In this document: positions 55,527 to 64,000 of the stretch, one piece after another | How positions within the stretch are numbered: the first letter of the stretch is position 1 | How the letters are laid out: the number at the start of each line of letters is the position of its first letter | DNA from: Candidatus Nomurabacteria bacterium | Lineage (GTDB): Bacteria > Patescibacteriota > Minisyncoccia > Phycocordibacterales > UBA918 | NCBI GenBank assembly: GCA_020632075.1 | Contig: JACKGH010000001.1 | Span: forward strand, 387,216-451,215 | Reading direction: 5' to 3' | DNA length: 64,000 nt | Program-made: the position numbers and the translations under genes | The notes under the pieces: model-generated | What the model was told of the DNA's origin: nothing | The model's database searches: none | Seen by the model: the letters and a program-made list of their open reading frames with translations, nothing else

Positions 55527-55756
55527 AAAATAAAAAAGCGTTGAAAATCGTAAATGAATACCGTCACAAGGCGCGTGGCGGTTGGCGCGCAAAACCGCAA
55601 ATGGAGTATCCTGTCGGCATAACCCGACCGGTCTTGCGACTGCATACTACTACTTTGCAACCCACAGTCAAGCGGCTGGCCTTGATAACACGATGAAAAA
55701 TCTGACCGTCAAACAAAAAAGCTCAACGATTGTCGAGCTTTTGTTCCTTTAACCGG

Positions 55757-56140
55757 TTACAGACCTGCTTTGATGAATTTTTGGCGTCCCATCAAAACAT
55801 ATCCGATCAACATCATGTACACGCCAACGCCAGAAAACAGCATCATGATGTTGTCGGGATCGCTTGGATCAACCCCAAACTCGTAACCCGCCTTGAACAT
55901 CACCCCGCCAAACGTCCAATACAGGACTTTCCGAAGTGCAGTACTCCTCAGCAGCTCTGCTGGCAGCAGCCCGAGCCCGATAAGAAACAGGCAGGCCATA
56001 GAGGCAAACCCGACGAAGCCGATCCATTCTGCCCATTCCGTTGATACATACGGCTCCATGAAATAACCGAGTAAAATAGCGAGAGTCAGGTACACACCAT
56101 ACAGAAAGACGTTTCTGTAGAATTTACGACGTGGAGTCAT
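55757..56140 (-). CDS. hypothetical small membrane protein (127 aa, 4 TM)
   Basis: ACGGAGGTAAT SD; followed on minus strand by hairpin AGCTC...GAGCT + TTTTTTG terminator at about 55718..55747. Confidence 0.45.
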   Translation of the reverse strand: MTPRRKFYRNVFLYGVYLTLAILLGYFMEPYVSTEWAEWIGFVGFASMACLFLIGLGLLPAELLRSTALRKVLYWTFGGVMFKAGYEFGVDPSDPDNIMMLFSGVGVYMMLIGYVLMGRQKFIKAGL

Positions 56141-56267
56141 GTATTACCTCCGTAACAGTAGGAACTCCAAATTGAAATATAGAGCACGCTCACAGTTAGT
56201 CAAGTAAAGTCTCAAAATACATACCACAAACACACCCAACAAGTCTTAGACCGAATAAAACAAAAAA

Positions 56268-56289
56268 GCAGCAAGTTCTCACTTGCTGC
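56268..56289 (-). terminator. rho-independent terminator GCAGCAAGT-TCTC-ACTTGCTGC with T-run on minus strand
   Basis: 9-bp stem flanked by A6 (plus) = T6 (minus) downstream of gene 56297..57115. Confidence 0.65.
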
Positions 56290-56296
56290 TTTGTTT

Positions 56297-57115
56297 TCAA
56301 CCGTTCGTTATTTGTGCATACCCACCGGCATACCCACGCTCTGGCACACCATATATATCGACAAGACCTCGCTTTGGCGCCCACGTGTCCATAAATACCC
56401 TTGCCGTACTCGGACGCACATTGCCACCACACAGATGGAAACGTTCTCGTTCACCGGCCGCATTACGACTGCGCAGAATGATCGGCATCCCCAGTTCTGT
56501 TGCCACCTGAATTGCCTTCAGGTAGCTATGAGAGTATCCGTCACCCAAGTCCTCATCGAAGATCCAGACCTCTTGCCCAGCAATGCGATCTGTTACTGAT
56601 AGCATGATCCGCTCGACAAACTGCGCATCCTCTGCCGCGCGAACCTCTTCCAGACTGGCTCGCTTAAGACGGATCACTTCTTTGGGATCGATCTCGGGAC
56701 AGCAACCATGCACTGCAGCACTGAAACAGTGATCCATCGCTGCGATGTACAGATCTTCTGTCGACGCACACAGGTCAAGCAACGAAAACAGCTGGCCTAG
56801 CGAGGAAGCCTTCCAGAATTCTTTCGCGCCGAGTTCGTACCCCGGATCACCTTCTCGATGGTGATCGATGATCTTGTATGGCGTGACACCTGGAATGCCA
56901 CACTCGACGCACACCAACTTACGTAAACCAGGTCTGGGTTTCCAATAAGCGCTATCGACCGTATCTGCTCGATACGCATTACCGGGGTTGGCTCGAACCC
57001 CATTTACCGTCGCATACGCATAGGAACACCCAAGCAAGTGCAACACCGCTTCAATGCGGCGCATCTCGGGGTCATCTGCCCCGAGCAAGAAAGTCAGACC
57101 ACCAAAGTGTGACAT
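56297..57115 (-). CDS. hypothetical protein, possible DHH-motif phosphoesterase-like (272 aa)
   Basis: ORF track 56297..57133; ATG 57115 with GTGGAGGAC SD; LLGADDPEM and IIDHH strings resemble DHH family motifs I and III, but length is short; low confidence on family. Confidence 0.45.
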   Translation of the reverse strand: MSHFGGLTFLLGADDPEMRRIEAVLHLLGCSYAYATVNGVRANPGNAYRADTVDSAYWKPRPGLRKLVCVECGIPGVTPYKIIDHHREGDPGYELGAKEFWKASSLGQLFSLLDLCASTEDLYIAAMDHCFSAAVHGCCPEIDPKEVIRLKRASLEEVRAAEDAQFVERIMLSVTDRIAGQEVWIFDEDLGDGYSHSYLKAIQVATELGMPIILRSRNAAGERERFHLCGGNVRPSTARVFMDTWAPKRGLVDIYGVPERGYAGGYAQITNG

Positions 57116-57242
57116 ATTGTCCTCCACGTACAAGGTTTTTGATCAAAAATGATCTCCCGGCAAAAGAATGTACTAGCTACTCACAACTGTCAACAACTTC
57201 CGCCTTGGTGCTATACTTTCCATACATATGAAAGTTTTGATC

Positions 57243-57665
57243 CTAGTACTCGGAGCATTTATTTTGCTTGCCATCCTGAACAAGTTTTTGGGTGGAAATC
57301 CGTTTGGGTAAACCGGGAAGCCAGATCCGGTAACGATTGCGTGCGACCCAGTGATAAAAACGGTTGCCCATCTTTTGCACAAAAGAAAATCTAGCCAGTG
57401 GCGTAAGCCACCCTAAAAGCGGTGAGTGTCTTGCGGCTTCTACTCCAGCTGCAAACGCGATAAACATCTCACCCTTTTCATTGACTACCACCCAAGAGTC
57501 TTCCGCTTGCATGAGCGCAAACACAGCTGCATCTGAACAACCTGGTGCGATCTGTTCGGTACGGATCATGCACCACTTCACCAACAATTCGACACCACGA
57601 GCACAAAACCCACAACCTCCGTCGTAGTAGATCGACACTTTTGGTTTTGGTTGTTTTCTGAACAT
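57243..57665 (-). CDS. DCC-family thiol-disulfide oxidoreductase (DUF393)
   Basis: VSIYYDGGCGFCARGVELL matches YDGxCxxC signature of DCC1-like proteins. Confidence 0.65.
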   Translation of the reverse strand: MFRKQPKPKVSIYYDGGCGFCARGVELLVKWCMIRTEQIAPGCSDAAVFALMQAEDSWVVVNEKGEMFIAFAAGVEAARHSPLLGWLTPLARFSFVQKMGNRFYHWVARNRYRIWLPGLPKRISTQKLVQDGKQNKCSEY

Positions 57666-57762
57666 ATTACTGACTCAGTATACTACGCAAAAGAAAAACA
57701 CGGTCATAGTAGACCGTGTCTGTTTGTACACCAGATGATTACGACACCTGCTGCTCTACCAC

Positions 57763-58059
57763 CTAGGCAGACTCAGCGGAAGATCTTTCATCTTCGAGCT
57801 CTTCCTCCACTGCGGCATCTGCGTCGATCTCGGCTTGCGCGCGAGCAAACGGAAGCAACTCGAGGAGCACTTCGCGAGACAATTCAGCCCCATCAAACAC
57901 TGCCAATTCTCCTTCAGGTTCATCGCTTCGACAGACTTCAATCGCCTCATCGAGTGATGTTCCAGCCTGCAGCCAGAGAGCTTGATCGACATAGACCGTT
58001 CCATCTGCAGAGGTCTCTTCTGCGACCGCTGCTGCAGCAATCATAAACAACTTACTCAT
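57763..58059 (-). CDS. hypothetical small acidic protein (98 aa)
   Basis: GAGGTGAGG SD upstream of ATG. Confidence 0.4.
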   Translation of the reverse strand: MSKLFMIAAAAVAEETSADGTVYVDQALWLQAGTSLDEAIEVCRSDEPEGELAVFDGAELSREVLLELLPFARAQAEIDADAAVEEELEDERSSAESA

Positions 58060-58100
58060 GTACGCCTCACCTCAAAATGACTTGAACGAAATTATTGGAA

Positions 58101-58433
58101 TCAGGTTCCGCGCACACTCGGCGGCGGCTCGGTGGTCAGACGTCCACCGTTGGCATACAACTGCGGCGGCTTGTAATCGGGATTGAACGACTGCACTTTG
58201 TAGACCCGATAAGTACGGCCATACTGCAGGTTGCTTCCGAGAGCGTCTTTGGCCGCCTGCTCAGTGTCGAAGTTGCCGATGTACTGCTTTGGCGCATCTT
58301 TGTTGCCTTCTGGTTGGAACGAACCAGACCAATACTGAACAACCTCCGCGGCATATTTGTTCCCCTCACCATCAACGATGGTGATTCTTTGCGGCACCAG
58401 TCCTTCCGGCAGTGTCACGATCAACTGTTGCAT
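58101..58433 (-). CDS. hypothetical protein (110 aa)
   Basis: GAGGAAG SD 6 nt upstream of ATG; overlaps only the junk N-terminal extension of + ORF 58095..59474. Confidence 0.4.
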   Translation of the reverse strand: MQQLIVTLPEGLVPQRITIVDGEGNKYAAEVVQYWSGSFQPEGNKDAPKQYIGNFDTEQAAKDALGSNLQYGRTYRVYKVQSFNPDYKPPQLYANGGRLTTEPPPSVRGT

Positions 58434-58574
58434 TTGTCTTCCTCGCTTGTTTGTGAATGTTCTAGTGCGACTGTAGCAATGCTACGCCCAATGCTTAATA
58501 CCACTGATTGTTTATTGTGTCAATCATTACCTTTTTATATCGACCTACTTTCAAAAGCATGGCAAGATGGCCGT

Positions 58575-59474
58575 ATGCAAAAGTACATCGTACTAGAAAA
58601 GAAAGTTGGAGAAACACCGCTCTCTTGTGCTGAGAAGTGGCGGGCGACTGCGTCGCCCGCCTTCAAAGATGTCCCTTTGACATACGCCGGACGTCTTGAC
58701 CCGATGGCATCAGGAAAGCTTCTAGTGCTCATTGGTGAGGAGTGTAAAAACCAAGAGCAGTACCATGGGCTCGATAAAGAGTATGAGTTTTCGGTACTAC
58801 TTGGTATCACGTCTGATACGCATGATGTGTTAGGTAGATTATCTGTGACTCCTCAAAAAACAGATGTACCAGTGCCTACTGAGGTTGTCAGACTTGGCTT
58901 AGCGGCCCGGAGCGCAACCGAAGGAGGCACTGGTACATCTGTTTTCACCAAAGAAAATCTAACGATGCTTACAAGAAACCTCGTCGGACAAATTTCACTC
59001 CCCTACCCACTTTTTTCTTCAAAAACAGTTAAAGGAAAACCGCTCCACACCTGGACTCTTGAAGGTCGACTTGACGAGATTGAAATTCCAACCAATGAAT
59101 CTACGATCTACGAACTTGAACTCATTAAGATCGAGGCGAAACATCGTACGGACGTCGCGCGCGAAGCGCGCGACAAAATAGATACTATTCCCCCAGTAAC
59201 CGACCTTCGTAAAGCACTTGGAAATGATTTCCGTCGAGTGGATGTGCGTAAGGACTGGGCCGAAATTGCCTCCGGCAATTTCGGCCCGGCCCCCCTCCCT
59301 GACACCTACACCATCGCACACTTTCGTTGCGTCGCTTCTTCTGGTACCTACATGCGCTCCCTCGCCCACCTCATCGGCCAAAAACTCGGTGCCTGTGGAC
59401 TGGCCTGGCACATTCACCGCACCGTCATCGGCACCTACAACCAAACCAACAAGGATTGGAGTCACACTTTTTAA
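58575..59474 (+). CDS. truB: tRNA pseudouridine(55) synthase TruB
   Basis: YAGRLDPMASGKLLVLIGEE catalytic-Asp motif, LDKEYEF; true start ATG 58575 (track ORF starts far upstream at 58095 with non-protein-like residues). Confidence 0.85.
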   Translation: MQKYIVLEKKVGETPLSCAEKWRATASPAFKDVPLTYAGRLDPMASGKLLVLIGEECKNQEQYHGLDKEYEFSVLLGITSDTHDVLGRLSVTPQKTDVPVPTEVVRLGLAARSATEGGTGTSVFTKENLTMLTRNLVGQISLPYPLFSSKTVKGKPLHTWTLEGRLDEIEIPTNESTIYELELIKIEAKHRTDVAREARDKIDTIPPVTDLRKALGNDFRRVDVRKDWAEIASGNFGPAPLPDTYTIAHFRCVASSGTYMRSLAHLIGQKLGACGLAWHIHRTVIGTYNQTNKDWSHTF

Positions 59475-59477
59475 ATA

Positions 59478-61454
59478 TTACTTCTGTTCGTTGATCGCTT
59501 CGACGCGATCCAGGTATGCTCGCACCGCGAGCACAAACTCTGCATGACTCCATACTAGAGGCGAGGTAGACAGCTGTTGTCTCGTATCAGGATGCATCTG
59601 CTCAGCTAAGAGACCGCCATGGTTTGCATGAGAAGCCGTCCACTGCAACAACTCAAGTGGATACTTCAAGTCCTTTAGTTTCTCAGCCTTTTCAATGTAG
59701 TATCGTGCCACCCACAGTGTAGTGATCACCCACGGATTAGGGCTACCAGCATCTTGTTGTTGATAGTACGCATCACCTTCGTACCGCACAAAGCCTTCGC
59801 TATTGCCTTTCACCTGCAGATTAGCCAAGACCGCTTTGCACATCCGTTCCATCTTTTCATCTTCGCTATCAAATACACGGAAGAGTTGGAGTCCGTACAA
59901 ACTACTCGTATCGAGTGTACGATCAAACTCCAAGTCACCATCAGAGGTGTGCAGCACATGCTTCATAAACACACCCTTCTGCTCATCAAACAGCACATCT
60001 CCGATCGCTCGCTGCATGCGCTGTGCAACTGCCTGATAGGTACGAGATGCTTCGTCCTTTCCAAGCGTATTTGCAAACTTTGCTGCTGCCATGAGGCCGC
60101 CATATACTGAAGCGGCGGTGTACGTAGAAGTACCGTACTTCTCTTCCCACAGATCAAATGAAGCTTGCGGCAATCCCGTCAGCGACTCAATATACTCACA
60201 CATAAACTCAGCAGCCGGCTCGATGAACTTGTTGTACATCGATTCAATAAATTCAACATCATGATAGCGCTCATAGTGCTCCCACAGCATAAAGACGACT
60301 GTTGCGGTCTCATCTTCTTGGATAGGTAATCTTGGTTCACCATTGATGATCCAAGGATGCCACGAACTACCAAGGGCGCCATCACTCCGATACTTGTGCA
60401 TTAAGTATCCACTTGGATCGAGACGTTCAGCAATGAATTCAAAGAACCGTCGAGAGACATCTCGATACCCTGCCACGTCAAAGGCGTGTGCGATCACTGC
60501 TGCATCCCGTGGCCAGACATAGCTGTATGTGTCACGACCATGATGCAACATATCGGTATCGCTTGATGCGATAATCCCACCTCGATTGTCGGTATGTACC
60601 CGCATAACAAGCAACGACCGTCGGTACAGTGTCTGAAGTTCGGCTGACAAGAGTGATAGATCGGTCTGTTCCTTTTCAAGCCACGCATGCCAGTAGGCTT
60701 CAGTCGAAGCGATCAGACGCTCTGGTTCTTCGGTCAGTACATGCTCATCAAGCATATGTACCTCTGCAATCGATTTACCAAATACGACCCAGTAGTACGC
60801 ATCATTTGAGGACTGTCCTGCTATCTGAAAACTAAGCCCCAGTACTGAATCAACCGAACCGTGCTCGATCGGATTACACTCCAAAACACCATCTACCGCA
60901 TCAAGATACGTCCCCTCCCTTCCTTCGATACCAAACAATCCAATGTTGTACTCTTGGAACTGTTGTTTACCACTCATCGCGTTTACCAAGATCGTCGTAT
61001 CACCCTTGTAGTGAATGATCGCATTTACACGTGGATCGTAGAAACCAGTGTCACCTCGTTGCGATTCAAATATACGAAATTGCTGCGAAAGAAAAAGCTT
61101 TACCATTCGAGTTTCACTGCGGTGGTTGTGAACGGTAAAATGTCGCAAAAAGATGTTCTGTTCATTATGTACCGCATCTCGACTAGAGATCGAAATGCCT
61201 AATTCAAGATTCTCCGCAAACAGAGAACCAATACAAGTACCCTCTTCTGATCCAACACTAACCTTCCAACCTGGATCATCCAACCAAGAAATATGACCAT
61301 CAACAAACACACCAATGCGATGCACGTAATTCCCACTAGCACCACTCACGTGATTTGCTTCCCCAACAAATGGGTAGTACAGATCACGAACTTGCCCGCG
61401 ACCATCAAGGCCGACCAAGAGGTTGCCGTTTCCAATTGTGACCGCTCGTGCCAT
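59478..61454 (-). CDS. glycoside hydrolase family 15 (glucoamylase/glucodextranase-like) with N-terminal beta-sandwich domain
   Basis: N-terminal IGNGNLLVGLDGRGQVRDLYYPFVGEANHV typical of COG3387 GH15 proteins; (alpha/alpha)6 region with conserved W/E residues. Confidence 0.75.
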   Translation of the reverse strand: MARAVTIGNGNLLVGLDGRGQVRDLYYPFVGEANHVSGASGNYVHRIGVFVDGHISWLDDPGWKVSVGSEEGTCIGSLFAENLELGISISSRDAVHNEQNIFLRHFTVHNHRSETRMVKLFLSQQFRIFESQRGDTGFYDPRVNAIIHYKGDTTILVNAMSGKQQFQEYNIGLFGIEGREGTYLDAVDGVLECNPIEHGSVDSVLGLSFQIAGQSSNDAYYWVVFGKSIAEVHMLDEHVLTEEPERLIASTEAYWHAWLEKEQTDLSLLSAELQTLYRRSLLVMRVHTDNRGGIIASSDTDMLHHGRDTYSYVWPRDAAVIAHAFDVAGYRDVSRRFFEFIAERLDPSGYLMHKYRSDGALGSSWHPWIINGEPRLPIQEDETATVVFMLWEHYERYHDVEFIESMYNKFIEPAAEFMCEYIESLTGLPQASFDLWEEKYGTSTYTAASVYGGLMAAAKFANTLGKDEASRTYQAVAQRMQRAIGDVLFDEQKGVFMKHVLHTSDGDLEFDRTLDTSSLYGLQLFRVFDSEDEKMERMCKAVLANLQVKGNSEGFVRYEGDAYYQQQDAGSPNPWVITTLWVARYYIEKAEKLKDLKYPLELLQWTASHANHGGLLAEQMHPDTRQQLSTSPLVWSHAEFVLAVRAYLDRVEAINEQK

Positions 61455-61458
61455 GAAC

Positions 61459-61845
61459 TTACACTGCGTAGTACTTAAGATGCTTCACCACGACAGTCTT
61501 TGCAGACTTTGGCGTCTTTGCTTTTGCTAGATCAGCAGCACACACATTGTCACACAGCACTTGCTCAACCCAGTTTGCAAAATCATTGCTGTCTCCACCG
61601 GTGTGATACACGTAAACTTCCTTCTCCATCTCTTCGAGTGCATCCTTGAGTGCTACAAGACTATTGAGGACCTGACCATTCTTTACCCAAAATGATTTGG
61701 TGTTACTCGCATACACGAGTGGCTTCTTAGTACCAGTCTTTACTGCAGCTTTTTTTGCAGGTGCCTTCTTCACCGCTTTCTTGACCACCTTCTTAGCAGC
61801 TGCTTTTTTTGCAGGTGCTGTTTTAGTCGTTTTTTTTGTTGGCAT
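61459..61845 (-). CDS. histone H1-like Lys/Ala-rich DNA-binding protein (putative)
   Basis: N-terminal about 45 aa of KKAAAKK/AKKA repeats followed by a globular about 80-aa domain. Confidence 0.45.
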   Translation of the reverse strand: MPTKKTTKTAPAKKAAAKKVVKKAVKKAPAKKAAVKTGTKKPLVYASNTKSFWVKNGQVLNSLVALKDALEEMEKEVYVYHTGGDSNDFANWVEQVLCDNVCAADLAKAKTPKSAKTVVVKHLKYYAV

Positions 61846-61852
61846 ACTTCGT

Positions 61853-63259
61853 TTAAGAACTTACTTGTCCCCGCTTGGGGCTTCTAAAGAACGGTAATGA
61901 GTCCAGGATCTTTTGCCACCACCGCTTCAGTGCTGACAATGGTTCTGGCTCAACAACAGGAGCTTCAACAACCTTATCTACATCGGTTGGTGTAGCATCA
62001 TCCTCCTTTGTAATTGCTTCGTCGACCGCTTGTTTGGCAGCCTCCTTAGCATCACGTTCAGCCACCGCATGGCTTACCCTTAATTGTAAATCACTCAGCG
62101 CATTCATAAAGGCGATATACGCATCATATGGGGATTGGTACGGAGAGAAGTACGCATGTACATCTCCATCCTGTGACCACTTGGTACACATGTAATAGAA
62201 GTGATCTGACGTCTGTAACTTACGCCAGGTCTCGATCAGGCTGCGCTTGCGCGTCTTCATGACATCAGACTCCATACCATACGTCGCAGCGATCGCGTCA
62301 CGCTGAATATCATTACCAACCCACGCAGTCAGGTCGCGGTCGGTATCTGCCCACGTGAGCACATCTGGCACATCATACTCGCCCGCTGGATCATAGCTTT
62401 CGACTGTTTCAGTCGCGGTCTTGAAAGTAGTATCTGGGTGACGCAGCACCATCTCTGGCATTGCGCGCAAGAAATCGAAGATACCAGTATCTTCCCACTG
62501 ATGTTCACCAAAGCTCTCGTAGTCCATGAAAAGATTCACCGTCTGCCCATCACCATGGTGCGCATGAATCCAGTTAGCATACGTGTCCGCAGACAACGGC
62601 CAACTTGCCCACTGCTTATTCCCGAATCGAAATGCAATGTCATCAGAGAGTTTGTAGTTTTTAAGAAGGACCTTGATCTTAGAACAGCCAGCTGGTCGGT
62701 ACAGATAGTTCGGGCTACGCCACCCAAGATACTTATCCCAACCTTCAGCCATGATGCCAAGATAGTCATTGTCTTCACACCACTTAGCGAGATCGTTACG
62801 GTATGAAAGTTCAGTATTACGAAACACTCGTGGTCGCACTCCAAAGAGTTGCTTCACACGTCGTTCATGCTGCTTCACTTGTCGCTCAAACTCCGGCACA
62901 GAGTAGAAGAACGCGAGTGAGTGATGATAGGTGTCAGCCAAGATCTCGACTCGACCAGTTGCGACCAACTCCTGGAAAGACTCGAGCACATCCGGCGCGT
63001 ATTCTTCAAATTGATCAAGGACCGTACCCGAAAACGAAAGATTGAAACGGAACTCTGGATGTCGATCCAAGAGTTCTTTGAGTACACGGTTGGTTGGACG
63101 ATACGACTTCTCGGCTACCTTTTCAACAATGAAACGGTTATCGAGATCAGTGCCACTGGTGTCATTGAAATATTCAGTGTCATTTCCGATATCAAACACT
63201 CGATACCGCTTTACACGGTATGGCTGATGAACATGAAAGTAAGGACAAACTGAAAGCAT
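61853..63259 (-). CDS. glycoside hydrolase family 57 (alpha-glucan-active enzyme)
   Basis: N-terminal FHVHQPYR signature (GH57 region I), ...GRVEILADTYHHS..., overall about 470 aa; ATG 63259 (track 63331 start lies inside upstream GT4 gene). Confidence 0.75.
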   Translation of the reverse strand: MLSVCPYFHVHQPYRVKRYRVFDIGNDTEYFNDTSGTDLDNRFIVEKVAEKSYRPTNRVLKELLDRHPEFRFNLSFSGTVLDQFEEYAPDVLESFQELVATGRVEILADTYHHSLAFFYSVPEFERQVKQHERRVKQLFGVRPRVFRNTELSYRNDLAKWCEDNDYLGIMAEGWDKYLGWRSPNYLYRPAGCSKIKVLLKNYKLSDDIAFRFGNKQWASWPLSADTYANWIHAHHGDGQTVNLFMDYESFGEHQWEDTGIFDFLRAMPEMVLRHPDTTFKTATETVESYDPAGEYDVPDVLTWADTDRDLTAWVGNDIQRDAIAATYGMESDVMKTRKRSLIETWRKLQTSDHFYYMCTKWSQDGDVHAYFSPYQSPYDAYIAFMNALSDLQLRVSHAVAERDAKEAAKQAVDEAITKEDDATPTDVDKVVEAPVVEPEPLSALKRWWQKILDSLPFFRSPKRGQVSS

Positions 63260-63264
63260 ATGCA

Positions 63265-64000
63265 CTATGGTGTAACGTATTGTACCAGACTTCGATAGAT
63301 CTGTTTGATCTTTTCCGCCGCATGCTTCCATGAAATGTTAAGCATCTGCCACTTTCCTTCTTTGACGATCTGCTGACTCATCACCGGATAGCGCAATGCA
63401 GCTAAGATCTGATTAGCCATTTCGTCTACATCCCAAAAATCTACCTTGAGTGCATGCGAGAGTACTTCTGCTACACCAGACTGTTTCGTGATGACTGAAG
63501 GTGTACCGTGCTGAAGCGCCTCAAGTGGCACAAGACCGAACGGTTCTGAAACTGATGGCATCACGATGAGATCGGCACTTTGGTACATGCGGTCACGATC
63601 TTCGTACCAAAGTGCTCCAGCGAACAGTACGTTCTGGGACAATCCCAGTGAACCAACCATCTCAATGATCTGCCTGGTCATGTCTCCAGAACCGGAGATG
63701 ACAAAGACTACATTTGGATCGACATCTACCACACGTCTAGCGGCTCGAATGAAGTGGTCAACACCCTTCTGGATCGTGATACGTCCGTGATACAACACGA
63801 TCTTCTTGCCTTGCCGCTTGAGTTCGGTCAAAGTCGGTTCATGTCGCAATGGCTCGTGAGTATCACAACCATTATGCACTACCTCAACTCGATCTGCTGA
63901 TGCACCATGCTTGGTGACAATGATGTTCTTCGTAAAGTTGCTGACGGTCACGATCTTATCAGCCATAGCAAATGCCTCACGCTCGATCTTGTAGATCGAT
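63265..64000 (-). CDS. glycosyltransferase family 4 (GT-B, glycogen/alpha-glucan synthase-like), 3' part; gene continues beyond window end
   Basis: Frame stays open upstream of the track ATG at 63966 to the window edge (...SIYKIEREAFAMADKIV); C-terminal GT4 motifs EPFGLVPLEALQHGTP (E-x7-E). Confidence 0.75.
   Translation of the reverse strand, partial: SIYKIEREAFAMADKIVTVSNFTKNIIVTKHGASADRVEVVHNGCDTHEPLRHEPTLTELKRQGKKIVLYHGRITIQKGVDHFIRAARRVVDVDPNVVFVISGSGDMTRQIIEMVGSLGLSQNVLFAGALWYEDRDRMYQSADLIVMPSVSEPFGLVPLEALQHGTPSVITKQSGVAEVLSHALKVDFWDVDEMANQILAALRYPVMSQQIVKEGKWQMLNISWKHAAEKIKQIYRSLVQYVTP

Noticed and set aside
58095-58574. N-terminal 160 residues of the 459-aa track ORF containing TruB
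   Set aside because: Non-protein-like sequence overlapping two SD-supported minus-strand small genes. TruB homology begins at ATG 58575.
1-64000. CRISPR arrays, rRNA genes, transposases/IS elements, integrases
   Set aside because: No direct-repeat/spacer periodicity, no rRNA-like conserved stretches, and no transposase/integrase-like ORFs in any frame. None called.

Overview
The window is a gene-dense 64-kb chromosomal segment of roughly 50% GC, with marked gene-to-gene variation in GC. It appears to come from a bacterium with a streamlined genome; all calls below are by eye from the sequence and ORF track, and no database search was possible.

Recognisable core genes:
- Cell wall and division: mreB, and a murA carrying an extra N-terminal XRE-type HTH domain.
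- Translation and RNA: def-fmt (overlapping), hpf, truB.
- DNA metabolism: mutM/fpg, ung, and a PriA-like primosomal protein whose helicase motifs are degenerate.
- Transport and regulation: trkA-trkH, creD, an ArsB/NhaD-type permease, a TrmB-family regulator, a single-domain response regulator.
- Metabolism: acs; an alpha-glucan/glycogen cluster (GH15, GH57, GT4 partial).
- Energy: a complete nine-gene A/V-type ATPase operon (G/H-I-K-E-C-F-A-B-D) on the minus strand.

Most notable items:
1. A tRNA gene (most likely tRNA-Asn GUU) interrupted by a 250-nt group I intron in the anticodon loop, with a free-standing HNH endonuclease gene immediately beside it.
2. An in-frame XRE-HTH::MurA fusion with a 16-bp perfect palindrome at its promoter.
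3. An ApbE flavin-transferase cluster with two tandem membrane-anchored FMN-binding proteins and an RnfD/NqrB-like membrane domain fused to an FNR-like reductase. This looks like a streamlined extracytoplasmic flavin-based electron-transfer module.
4. A 2046-aa membrane-anchored surface protein built of about 28 FG-GAP repeats, with near-identical 180-bp internal DNA repeats.
5. A 1006-aa secreted beta-helix (pectate-lyase-fold) protein with a C-terminal SD(E)RLKNI intramolecular-chaperone domain, tailspike-like, next to a GT2 plus GH26-like exopolysaccharide locus.
6. A genome-specific family of GC-rich hairpins (GGCCGGCCCCGAAGGGGCCGGCC and variants) acting as intergenic terminators. One copy sits inside the ATPase operon and similar palindromes lie inside the apbE and fmt coding regions.

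Several long ORFs in the six-frame track (for example 13..747 plus and 17752..19284 plus) are antisense shadows and are rejected.
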